Assembly: GCA_964453125.1 (NCBI GenBank)
Contig: CAYVSR010000001.1
Span: 1,030-31,005, forward strand
DNA length: 29,976 nt
Source: an uncultured Phycisphaeraceae bacterium
GTDB lineage: Bacteria; Planctomycetota; Phycisphaerae; Phycisphaerales; UBA1924
Direction of reading: 5' to 3'
Position numbers and translations under genes: made by a program. A model generated the notes under the pieces. It did no database searches. It was not told where the DNA came from and saw nothing but the letters and a program-made list of their open reading frames with translations. Below are positions 17,789-25,682 of the stretch, piece by piece (position 1 is the stretch's first letter; every line of letters begins with the position of its first letter).

Positions 17789-18501
17789 GCCGACTCCCCC
17801 CGGCGCAGCAGCGCGTCGATCTGCCGCTCGGCCTCGGCGGCGGCCTCCTCCGGCGCGCCCTCTTCCGGCGCCGAGCCGTCCGCGGCCCGGTCGAACTCCA
17901 CGCGCAGCACGCCCATCTTGCCGCGCACGTGCAGGCCGCCCGTGTCCACGCCGACGCACACCGGCCCGCCGCCGCCGACGTCCGTCGGGAGTTCCACGCC
18001 GGTCTTCATCTTGCAGATGCGCCAAAGCAGACGGCGGTCGGCGTTGAGGCGCTTGCAGAGCTTGGGCTCGGTGAGCCTGAGCGCGTTGGGCGCCATGAGC
18101 GCGTCGCCGTCGATCAGCTCGCCGCCGAGACGCGCTCCCTCGATCTCGAACGCGCCCCAGAGGCTGGGCGTCGATTCGCGCCCCGTCGGGTCGGGCGTGG
18201 CCACGCTCGCGGGCGGGTCGCCGTGGTGGATGCGCCACCGATCGACGAGGTCCTCGCCGACCGGCTTGGCCAGCGCGCCCAGCAGCAGTTGCAGCGATTC
18301 GTCCCCCTCGTCGGGCACGAACAGCACGAGTTCGTCGGCGGTCATGGTGTTGCGCTCGACCGGCGCAACCACGGCTCCGGTGGCGGGGTCGGTCACGAAT
18401 TTGACCTGCGACGGGCGCCCGTCCGCCAGCAGGGCGCCGCGCCGCCAGCGCCGGAATTCCTGGAGCGCCCGCCGACCGGCCTCCGCCTCGGGCCCGTTCA
18501 C
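17785..18501 (-). CDS. Hypothetical protein, possibly HugZ-like (split barrel plus DUF2470-like C-terminus), 238 aa
   Basis: GTG 18501 overlaps the metG TGA, and its own TGA overlaps the next GTG. C-terminal VCVGVDTGGLHVRGKMGVLRVEF resembles DUF2470. The fold call is tentative. Confidence 0.7.
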   Translation of the reverse strand: MNGPEAEAGRRALQEFRRWRRGALLADGRPSQVKFVTDPATGAVVAPVERNTMTADELVLFVPDEGDESLQLLLGALAKPVGEDLVDRWRIHHGDPPASVATPDPTGRESTPSLWGAFEIEGARLGGELIDGDALMAPNALRLTEPKLCKRLNADRRLLWRICKMKTGVELPTDVGGGGPVCVGVDTGGLHVRGKMGVLRVEFDRAADGSAPEEGAPEEAAAEAERQIDALLRRGESA

Positions 18502-20114
18502 GCCGCCGCTCCCCCCGCCTCGGCCGCGGGCGTGGGCGCCGGCAGCGCCGGGTCGGCCCTCGGGAAGAGCGGGTCGCCGCCGCTGGTCTGCGCGCCGGGC
18601 CGGAGCGCGCCCCACGTCGCGATCGACTCCCACGAGGCGCCATCGATCGGCGGCGCGCCCAGCCGGCGCAGCGCCTCGGCCATCTTGGCGGGCATGACCG
18701 GCGAGAGCAGCGCCGCGGCGAGGCGCAGCGCCTCGGCGCAGTGATACAGAACCGCGGCGAGATCTGTGCGCCGCGCGGGGTCCTTGGCCATCTTGAAGGG
18801 CTCGGTCGCGTTGATGTAGCCGTCCACCCGGCGCGCCAAGCCAAGCGCCTCCTCGCACGCGCCGGCGAGGTCCAGCGCCTCCATCTTCTCGCGCACGCCC
18901 GCCGCCGCCGCCCCCGCGATCGCCGGCCAGTCGTGACCAGCGAACGACGCGACGCCCGCCGGGTCGGGGACGGCGCCGTCGAAGTAGCGCCCGATCATGT
19001 TGCCCACGCGGCTCACCGCGTTGCCCACGCCGTTGGCCAGCGCGCTGTTGTAGACCTCGACGAACCGCGTGTGCACGAAGTCCGCGTCCGTCGCGCCCAG
19101 CGGCCCCTGCGTGACGAGGTGCCAGCGCAGCGCGTCAAGTGAGAACGCGTCGGCGTACGCCCGCAGCGTCGGGAAATCGAGGAAGTTCCCCAGGCTCTTG
19201 CTCATCTTCCGCCCCTCGCGGATCCACCACGAGTGCGCGTACACCGTGCCCGGCAGCGGCTCGCCCAGCGCCATCAGCAGGCAGGGCCACACCACCGCGT
19301 GGAACCACAGGATGTCCTTGCCCAGCATGTGCGTCTGCGCCGGCCAGTACCGGCGGCGCTCGGGCGTGTCCATCACGCTCAGGTAGTTGAACAGCGCGTC
19401 GATCCACACGTAGATCCGCTGCGCCGGATCGCCCGGCATCCGGATGCCCCACTGCGTCGCCGGGTTCGCGGGGTCGATCGCGCGGCTCACCGGCACGTCC
19501 TGCAGGCCGGTGCGGATGCGCCCCAGCACCTCGCTTCGCCGGGCGTCGGGCTGGATGAACCCCGGGTTCGCGTCGATGTGCTTGAGCAGCCGCTCCTGGT
19601 ACGCGCTGAGCCGGAAGAAGTAGTTGTGCTCGGTGCGCTTCACCAGCGCCTTGCCCGTCACCGGGCTCTTGAACCCCGCCTCGCGCGCCGCCGTCTCCGT
19701 CATGTACTCGTCCTGCGAGACGTCGTACCACCCCTCGTAATCCCCCAGGTACACGTCCCCCTTCTCCTTGAGGCGCGAGATGTACGCCTCCACCTTCGTC
19801 GTGTGGCGGGCCTGCGTCGTCCGCACGAAGTCGTCGTTCGAGATCCCGAACTCGGCGAACGCCCGCACGAACTCCGCGGCGTTGCGGTCTGCCCATTCGA
19901 TCGGCGTGCACCCGTGCTCCGCACCCGTGGTCACCACCCGGTCCGCGTGCTCGTCCGTCCCCGTCAGAAAGAACACGTCCCGCCCCGAAAGCCTCGCGAA
20001 CCGGGCGATCACGTCCGCCAGCAGCGAGGTGTAGCAGTGCCCGATGTGCGGCCGGTCGTTGACGTAATAGATCGGCGTCGTGACGTAATAGGTCTGTTTG
20101 GGGGCTGGCGCCAT
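18498..20114 (-). CDS. metG: Methionine--tRNA ligase, short form without the C-terminal dimerisation/tRNA-binding appendix, 538 aa
   Basis: YYVTTPIYYVNDRPHIGH, FLTGTDEH, IYVWIDALFNY, GKDILWFH, KMSKSLGN. Start reassigned to ATG 20114. Confidence 0.97.
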   Translation of the reverse strand: MAPAPKQTYYVTTPIYYVNDRPHIGHCYTSLLADVIARFARLSGRDVFFLTGTDEHADRVVTTGAEHGCTPIEWADRNAAEFVRAFAEFGISNDDFVRTTQARHTTKVEAYISRLKEKGDVYLGDYEGWYDVSQDEYMTETAAREAGFKSPVTGKALVKRTEHNYFFRLSAYQERLLKHIDANPGFIQPDARRSEVLGRIRTGLQDVPVSRAIDPANPATQWGIRMPGDPAQRIYVWIDALFNYLSVMDTPERRRYWPAQTHMLGKDILWFHAVVWPCLLMALGEPLPGTVYAHSWWIREGRKMSKSLGNFLDFPTLRAYADAFSLDALRWHLVTQGPLGATDADFVHTRFVEVYNSALANGVGNAVSRVGNMIGRYFDGAVPDPAGVASFAGHDWPAIAGAAAAGVREKMEALDLAGACEEALGLARRVDGYINATEPFKMAKDPARRTDLAAVLYHCAEALRLAAALLSPVMPAKMAEALRRLGAPPIDGASWESIATWGALRPGAQTSGGDPLFPRADPALPAPTPAAEAGGAAA

Positions 20115-20123
20115 GTGCCGGCG

Positions 20124-20129
20124 ATTGTA
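20124..20129 (-). promoter_or_regulatory. Putative -10 element (TACAAT), 9 nt before the metG ATG
   Basis: Minus strand TACAAT-cgccggcac-ATG, no SD. Confidence 0.6.
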
Positions 20130-20265
20130 CGGCGGACCAGTTCCCGCCCATTCCTTCTCGGACCCACCCCGCAAAAGCGCCGATACATCTCCCGGGCTGC
20201 CCCTGCGCCCGCAGGATGCGGGCCGAGCCCCGTCACCCCCCGTGTCCCCGACGCAAGGAAGCGCC

Positions 20266-21957
20266 GTGAACAACGCCGATCGTGCCGACGCCACACCCGC
20301 CCCACATGCCCCGCGCGTGCTGCTCGTCGGCCCGCCCGATGCGGCGTGCGCCGCGGCACGCCTGCTCTATCCGGTGGCGGCGCAGTCCCGCGCGAACATC
20401 CTCGGGCTCGTCTCCCTCACCCCGCTCGAGTCGGCGACCGTGCGCGACTTCGAGGACCCCAACGCCCCCGCCATCCCCTGCCTCGGCTGCCTCGACGACC
20501 TCGCCGTCATCCAGAAGCGCGCGGACGCCGATGTCGCCGTGGTGTGCGTGCCCGAGGCGTTCGGGCGCACGATCGCGCGCGTCCGCGAGGCGCTCGCCCG
20601 CATCGGCCTGCGCGCCTCGTTCGTCCCCACGCCCGACGACATCCTCGCCGGCGCCGCGACGCCCGGAACGGCGCCCGTCGCGCCCTCCGGCGCCCTGCCC
20701 CCGATGGAGCGCGTCTTCGACCCTTCGTTCCTCATCGGCCGACCGCCGCGCGAGCCCGACGACGCCGCCCTCGCCCGCGCCAACCGGCTGCTCAAGGGCA
20801 AGCGCGTGCTGATCACGGGCGCCGGGGGCTCGATCGGCTCGGAACTCGCCCTCGCGGTGGCCTCGCTCGGGCCCGACGCGCTAATCCTGATGGAACGGGC
20901 GGAAAACGCCCTGTTCGAGATCGACCGGCGCCTGGCCGAGCGTTTCCCCCGGCTCGTGCGCCGCTCGATGTTGCACGACGTGGTCGAGGAGGCGAGCACC
21001 CGCGACTGGCTACGCACGCTCCGCCCGGACGTCGTCTTCCACGCCGCCGCCCACAAGCACGTCACCGTGATGGAAGACCACCCCTCCCACGCGATCAACA
21101 ACAACCTGTTCGGCGCGAAGTCCATCGCCGACGCCGCGCGCGACGCGGGCGTCGGCCGCTTCGTGATGATCTCCACCGACAAGGCCGTGAACCCGCGCAG
21201 TGTCATGGGCGCCACCAAGCGCTTCGCCGAACTGTATGTGCGTTCGCTCAACGCCCCCGGCGCGCCCACGCGCTTCAGCATGGTGCGCTTCGGCAACGTG
21301 CTCGGCTCCGCGTGCTCGGTGCTGCCGATCTGGTCCAAGCAGCTGGCCGAGGGCTCGCCCCTCACCGTCACTCACCCGGAGATGACCCGCTACTTCATGA
21401 CCATCCCCGAGGCCGCCCGCCTGGTCATCCAGGCCGGCGCGCTCGACCCCGACGAGACCAACGGCGCCGACATCTTCGTGCTCGACATGGGCGCGCCCGT
21501 CCGCATCATCGAACTCGCCGAGCGCTTCGCCCGCGCTCACAGCCTCACGCCGCGCATCCTCAACCGCGCCCCCGGCGCCCCCGCGCCCGCGCCCGCCGAG
21601 CCCGGCTCGGTCGACATCGTCTTCACCGGCGCACGCCCGGGCGAGAAACTCCACGAGGAACTCGCCCACGCCTCCGAGGAACTCCGCCCCACACCCGCCC
21701 ACGGCGTGCTCGCCTGGGCCGGCGCCTCGACCGACGCCACGCACGTCCCCACCATGGTCCAGACTCTCGCCGCCGTCCGCTGGTCGGCCGACCGCGACGC
21801 CGTGGTCTCCGCGATCGCCCGCTTCGCCCCGGGGGTCGCCGCCAGTCTCGGAGAGCCCAAGGTTCTCGGCCCTGCGGCGCCGTCCAACTCCCTGCACCGC
21901 CACGAATTGCGCCCGGAAGCGGGGCCCGCCGCCGGCGTGGACCTTTCCGCCGCCTGA
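20266..21957 (+). CDS. CapD/PglF-like nucleoside-diphosphate-sugar 4,6-dehydratase (polysaccharide biosynthesis protein), 563 aa
   Basis: LITGAGGSIGSEL, HAAAHKHV, STDKAVNP, VMGATK, RFGNVLGS, RYFMTIPEA, GEKLHEEL. GTG 20266 follows AAGGAA. Confidence 0.92.
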   Translation: MNNADRADATPAPHAPRVLLVGPPDAACAAARLLYPVAAQSRANILGLVSLTPLESATVRDFEDPNAPAIPCLGCLDDLAVIQKRADADVAVVCVPEAFGRTIARVREALARIGLRASFVPTPDDILAGAATPGTAPVAPSGALPPMERVFDPSFLIGRPPREPDDAALARANRLLKGKRVLITGAGGSIGSELALAVASLGPDALILMERAENALFEIDRRLAERFPRLVRRSMLHDVVEEASTRDWLRTLRPDVVFHAAAHKHVTVMEDHPSHAINNNLFGAKSIADAARDAGVGRFVMISTDKAVNPRSVMGATKRFAELYVRSLNAPGAPTRFSMVRFGNVLGSACSVLPIWSKQLAEGSPLTVTHPEMTRYFMTIPEAARLVIQAGALDPDETNGADIFVLDMGAPVRIIELAERFARAHSLTPRILNRAPGAPAPAPAEPGSVDIVFTGARPGEKLHEELAHASEELRPTPAHGVLAWAGASTDATHVPTMVQTLAAVRWSADRDAVVSAIARFAPGVAASLGEPKVLGPAAPSNSLHRHELRPEAGPAAGVDLSAA

Positions 21958-22019
21958 ACAGGCTATCCACCGCTCCAAGGAGTTCCGGGCTGGGCGTTCT
22001 CGACGGGGGGCGCCGGCGC

Positions 22020-22025
22020 TAGAAT
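22020..22025 (+). promoter_or_regulatory. Putative -10 element (TAGAAT) for the small-ORF/dut unit
   Basis: Near-consensus hexamer about 75 nt upstream of an SD-led ATG. Confidence 0.5.
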
Positions 22026-22100
22026 GGTTGTCGATCACCGGTGGGGGGTTCACAGCCCGGCGTCCGATGGACGGCCAGCCGTCCGGCGCAGGAGACCCGC

Positions 22101-22376
22101 ATGCCTCTGAGCGAACGACAACGGATCGTGCTCGAAACCATCGCCGCGCGGGACCGCGCGGAAGCCACGCTGCAGTCGCTCCTCGCCGCCAAGGCGGAGG
22201 CGGACGCCGGCGCCGGGCCCCGGGCAGATCTTTTCCGCGAAGTCACCGGGATGTCCGCGATGGACAACGCACTCGCCCAAACCCGGCGCATGATTGAAAC
22301 GCTCAACACCGCGCTCGCGCACGCGCAGCGAGACCTGGCGGCCGAACCCGCCCTCGCCCACGCCGCCGACCGCTGA
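22101..22376 (+). CDS. Small hypothetical helical/coiled-coil protein, 91 aa
   Basis: AGGAG SD before ATG 22101; GC3-rich codons; ends 12 nt before dut. Confidence 0.7.
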   Translation: MPLSERQRIVLETIAARDRAEATLQSLLAAKAEADAGAGPRADLFREVTGMSAMDNALAQTRRMIETLNTALAHAQRDLAAEPALAHAADR

Positions 22377-22388
22377 AGGCCACCCGCC

Positions 22389-23024
22389 ATGGGACTCTTG
22401 CTTGGACAGCCCTGCGCCCCCGCGCTCCGAGTCAAGAAACTCCGCCCCGGCGCCTCTCTCCCCGCGTACCAGACCTCCGGCGCCGCGGGCCTCGACCTCG
22501 CCGCCTGCCTCGACGCGCCCATCACCCTGGCGCCCGGCGAGATCCGCGTCATCCCCTGCGGCTTTGCCATGTCACTCCCCGCCGGCTGGGAGGGACAGGT
22601 CCGCCCGCGCTCCGGCCTCGCGTCTCGCCACGGCGTGACGCTGCCCAACGCGCCCGGCACCATCGACTGCGACTACCGCGGCGAGGTGATGGTCCCGCTC
22701 ATCAACCTCGGCGGCGCGCCCTTCGTCGTCGAGCACGCCATGCGCATCGCCCAGATGATCGTTTCCCAGGTCGCCAAGGCGCGCATCTGCGAGACCGACG
22801 ACCTCGAAGCCGACGACGACGCCCGAGCGCCCGCCCGCGGCGCCGACCTCAGCCGCGCGCTCGAGTGCCGCTCCTTCCCGCCCAAGGCCGACGCCATCGC
22901 CGAACTCGCGCACCCGACTTCGCCCCTGACCGGCGGCTTCCTCTCCGGCCTGGCCGCCTCCGCGCCCGCATCGCCCGTTTCCCGGACCCGCGGCGAGGGC
23001 GGATTCGGATCGACGGGTCTATAG
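22389..23024 (+). CDS. dut: Trimeric dUTP diphosphatase with a long insertion before motif 5, 211 aa
   Basis: All five motifs present: AGLDL, RPRSGLA, GTIDCDYRG, RIAQM, RGEGGFGSTG. Confidence 0.95.
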   Translation: MGLLLGQPCAPALRVKKLRPGASLPAYQTSGAAGLDLAACLDAPITLAPGEIRVIPCGFAMSLPAGWEGQVRPRSGLASRHGVTLPNAPGTIDCDYRGEVMVPLINLGGAPFVVEHAMRIAQMIVSQVAKARICETDDLEADDDARAPARGADLSRALECRSFPPKADAIAELAHPTSPLTGGFLSGLAASAPASPVSRTRGEGGFGSTGL

Positions 23025-23094
23025 GGCCGACGCCCCCCGAACCCGCCCGCCTTCGGGCAGGCGCGCGTGAATCGTGCATGTCCCGCGGCCGACG

Positions 23095-24291
23095 ATGGTC
23101 GGCGTGGCGCGCAAGACACCAGACACCGCAGGCGCCCCCGCGACGCACGCCTTTGGCGGCGCGATGCCCGCGGGCATCAACTCGCTCCGTCTCGACCCCG
23201 GCGCGCTCGAGGCCCTCCACGCCATCCTGGAAGCCGCCGAGCGCGCCGCGCCCGATGTCCGACGCGAGTGGGGCCGCTGGGCCATGCGCACGCGATACGC
23301 CGAGGCCACCTTCACCCACCCCGGCGGCACGCGCGCACGATGCGTCGTCTCGCCCCGCTCCATCTCCGCCGGGGGCATCGGCGTGCTCCACGGCGGGTTC
23401 GTCTACCTCGGCTCGCCCTGCGTCGTGCACCTGCGCTCGCTCGACGGCCGCGCGGTGGACTGCCCCGGTCGCGTCGTGCGCTGCTCGCACCTCTCCCGCC
23501 ACGTGCACGCGCTGGGCGTGAAGTTCGACGAGCGCCTCGACCCGCGCCACTTCGTCCGACTGGGCGAGGGCGACGAAGCCTTCACCCTCGAGCGCGTCGT
23601 GCCCGCGAGCCTCCAGGGCAAGGCGCTCGTGCTCGAGCCCGACCGCGCCGGCCAGCGACTGATCGCCCACTTCCTCCGCGCCACGTCCCTCGAGCCCGAG
23701 TACGCCGACAACCCCGACGCCATCGCCGAGATGGCCCAGCAGGGCTTCGACATCGTCCTCATCGCCGACAAGCCCGGCGGGGCGCCCGCGTGGAAGACGC
23801 TCAACTCGCTCCGCGCCGCGCGGTTCGCCACACCCGTCGTCCTCCTGCCCGGCGAAGAGGGACCAGAACTCTCCGAGGCGCTGCTCAGCGGCGGCGCCGC
23901 CGCCTGCCTCTGCAAACCCTTCGACGAGCGCACCCTGCACCGCGCGCTTGGTGAGTTCCTCCTCCTTCGCGGCGGCCCGACGCTCGGCGTCGGCGCCATC
24001 GCCAGTTCGCTCAGCGCCGACGCGGGCGCCGCGGAACTCATCGAGTGCTTCCTGCGCGACCTCGACCAGGCCGCCGACGACGCCTCCAACGCCCTCCGCT
24101 CGGGCGACGCCGAGACCTGCCGACGGATCGCGCTGCACCTCAAGGGCAACGGCGCGGCCCACGGCTTCCGAGTCGTGACCGACGCCGCCGGCGCCGCGCT
24201 CGACGCCATGCGCGCCCAGAAATCGCTCGACGCCGCGGGCGGTGAGATCCGGCGCCTCATCGACGTCTGCCGGCGCTGCACCGCGGGCTGA
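23095..24291 (+). CDS. PilZ - receiver-like - Hpt-like signalling protein (paralog 1), about 398 aa
   Basis: PilZ-like REWGR...SISAGG...GRVVRC...LGVKF; REC-like ALVLEPD...FDIVLIAD...LCKPF; Hpt-like ELIECF...IALHLKGNGAAHGF. Start uncertain (23074, 23095 or 23164). Confidence 0.82.
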   Translation: MVGVARKTPDTAGAPATHAFGGAMPAGINSLRLDPGALEALHAILEAAERAAPDVRREWGRWAMRTRYAEATFTHPGGTRARCVVSPRSISAGGIGVLHGGFVYLGSPCVVHLRSLDGRAVDCPGRVVRCSHLSRHVHALGVKFDERLDPRHFVRLGEGDEAFTLERVVPASLQGKALVLEPDRAGQRLIAHFLRATSLEPEYADNPDAIAEMAQQGFDIVLIADKPGGAPAWKTLNSLRAARFATPVVLLPGEEGPELSEALLSGGAAACLCKPFDERTLHRALGEFLLLRGGPTLGVGAIASSLSADAGAAELIECFLRDLDQAADDASNALRSGDAETCRRIALHLKGNGAAHGFRVVTDAAGAALDAMRAQKSLDAAGGEIRRLIDVCRRCTAG

Positions 24292-24461
24292 TCGTCCAAG
24301 CCGCGCAGCGCCCGCCGAGTTGAGACCCTACGGATCGACTTGGCCTGAATGACGCGGAATCGCGCGTCCCCATCCGCGCGACCCTCCCAGTCCACCGCGC
24401 ATCGCCAGCCACCCCTCTCAGCCAGTGGATCGGCCCGACGTCGGTTCCGACGTTGACTCAG

Positions 24462-25664
24462 ATGGCAGGCATTCCCAACACTCCGACCGGCGCGGGCCTC
24501 GCGCCGGAGGCCGCGACGCCGGCCAAGGGCGTGGTCGACGCCCTCCGCCTGCCCGACGCGGCCATCCTGAGCCTGCATCAGCGCCTCGACGAAGCGGGCG
24601 CCAAGGGCGCCCAGTCCAAGGGCGGCGCCTCCAACCGGCGCTGGCGCCGATGGACCATCCGCGCCGCCACCGCCGAGGCCACGATCTTCCACCCCGGCGG
24701 CAGCGCCGCCACCTGCAAGGTCGCCCCGCGCACGCTCTCCGCCGGCGGCATCTCGATGCTCCACGGCGGGTTCGTGCACACCGGCACGCCCATCACCGTC
24801 ACGCTGCACGCCCGCGACGGGCGCACGCACGACCTGAAGGGCGAGGTCGTCCGATGCCGCCACATCGGCATGCACATCCACGAGCTGGGCGTGCGCTTCG
24901 AGAAGACCATGGACCCTCGCCTCTTCATCGCCGTGGGCCACGGCGAGGACGCGCTCCTCTTCGAAAATATCGACGCGAAGTCCCTCGAGGGCCGCCTGCT
25001 GCTCGTCTACGACGACGGCCCCGAGCGGCGCATGATCGCCCACATGCTCCGCGCCACACGCATCGAGATCGAACACTGCGCCGACGCCGACGACGCCGTT
25101 CGCGCCGCCGGCGGCGCCTACGACGTCGTCACCGCCGACCAGGACATGGCCTGGACCAGCGGCATCCAGCTCGCCGTGCGCATGCGCGCCGCCAGCGTCA
25201 TGACGCCCCTCATGCTCATGGTGTCCGCCGATCCCTCCTCGCTGACGGACGTCGCCCAGAAGGCCGGGGTCACCGCGCTCTTCCCCAAGCCGATCATCGA
25301 GCGCACCCTGCACCGCGCCCTCGCCGAACTGCTCCTGATGCGCCCCGAGGGCGCCCGCACCGACCGCACCCTCGTCAGCGACCTCAGCGCCCAGCACGAC
25401 GTCGCCCCGCTCATCGAGCAGTTCGTGGCCGAGGCCAAGGCCCTCGCCGACCAGCTGGAAGACTGCATGCGCACCAACGACCGCGCCGGCGCCGACAGAG
25501 TGTGCCGCACGCTGCGCGCCTCCGGCTCGACCTACGGCTTCGAGCCCATCACCCTCGCGGCGGACCAGGCCATGACCAGCCTCAAGACCGGCTCGGGCCT
25601 CTCCCAGGCCGCGACGGAACTGCGCAGGCTGCGCGACCTCTGCCGCAAGTGCGCGGCGGGCTAA
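24462..25664 (+). CDS. PilZ - receiver - Hpt-like signalling protein (paralog 2), about 400 aa
   Basis: PilZ-like RRWRR...TLSAGG...GEVVRC...LGVRF; REC LLVYDD...YDVVTADQDM...MVSA...FPKP; Hpt-like PLIEQF...VCRTLRASGSTYGF. Collinear with paralog 1. Confidence 0.82.
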   Translation: MAGIPNTPTGAGLAPEAATPAKGVVDALRLPDAAILSLHQRLDEAGAKGAQSKGGASNRRWRRWTIRAATAEATIFHPGGSAATCKVAPRTLSAGGISMLHGGFVHTGTPITVTLHARDGRTHDLKGEVVRCRHIGMHIHELGVRFEKTMDPRLFIAVGHGEDALLFENIDAKSLEGRLLLVYDDGPERRMIAHMLRATRIEIEHCADADDAVRAAGGAYDVVTADQDMAWTSGIQLAVRMRAASVMTPLMLMVSADPSSLTDVAQKAGVTALFPKPIIERTLHRALAELLLMRPEGARTDRTLVSDLSAQHDVAPLIEQFVAEAKALADQLEDCMRTNDRAGADRVCRTLRASGSTYGFEPITLAADQAMTSLKTGSGLSQAATELRRLRDLCRKCAAG

Positions 25665-25682
25665 GGCGGCGCCACGCGCCTC

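Noticed and set aside
16484-18844. 786-aa fused amidohydrolase ORF
   Set aside because: The N-terminal 352 codons overlap metG and the hypothetical gene. GTG 17788, coupled by a GTGA overlap, places the DAHLH motif near the N-terminus as expected.
19641-19739. MetRS knuckle without Cys zinc ligands (YDVSQDE...KSPVTG)
   Set aside because: Zinc-free single-knuckle MetRS1 enzymes are already known (e.g. Firmicutes and mycobacteria), so this is not novel.
23044-23063. UUCG-capped hairpin after dut as a terminator
   Set aside because: The stem has a mismatch and there is no U-tract. Plausible but unsupported.
24436-24455. Inverted repeat CGACGTCGG-TT-CCGACGTTG just upstream of PilZ paralog 2
   Set aside because: Only 7 bp pair perfectly, in a GC-rich background, with no second copy seen upstream of paralog 1. 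Too weak to call an operator.
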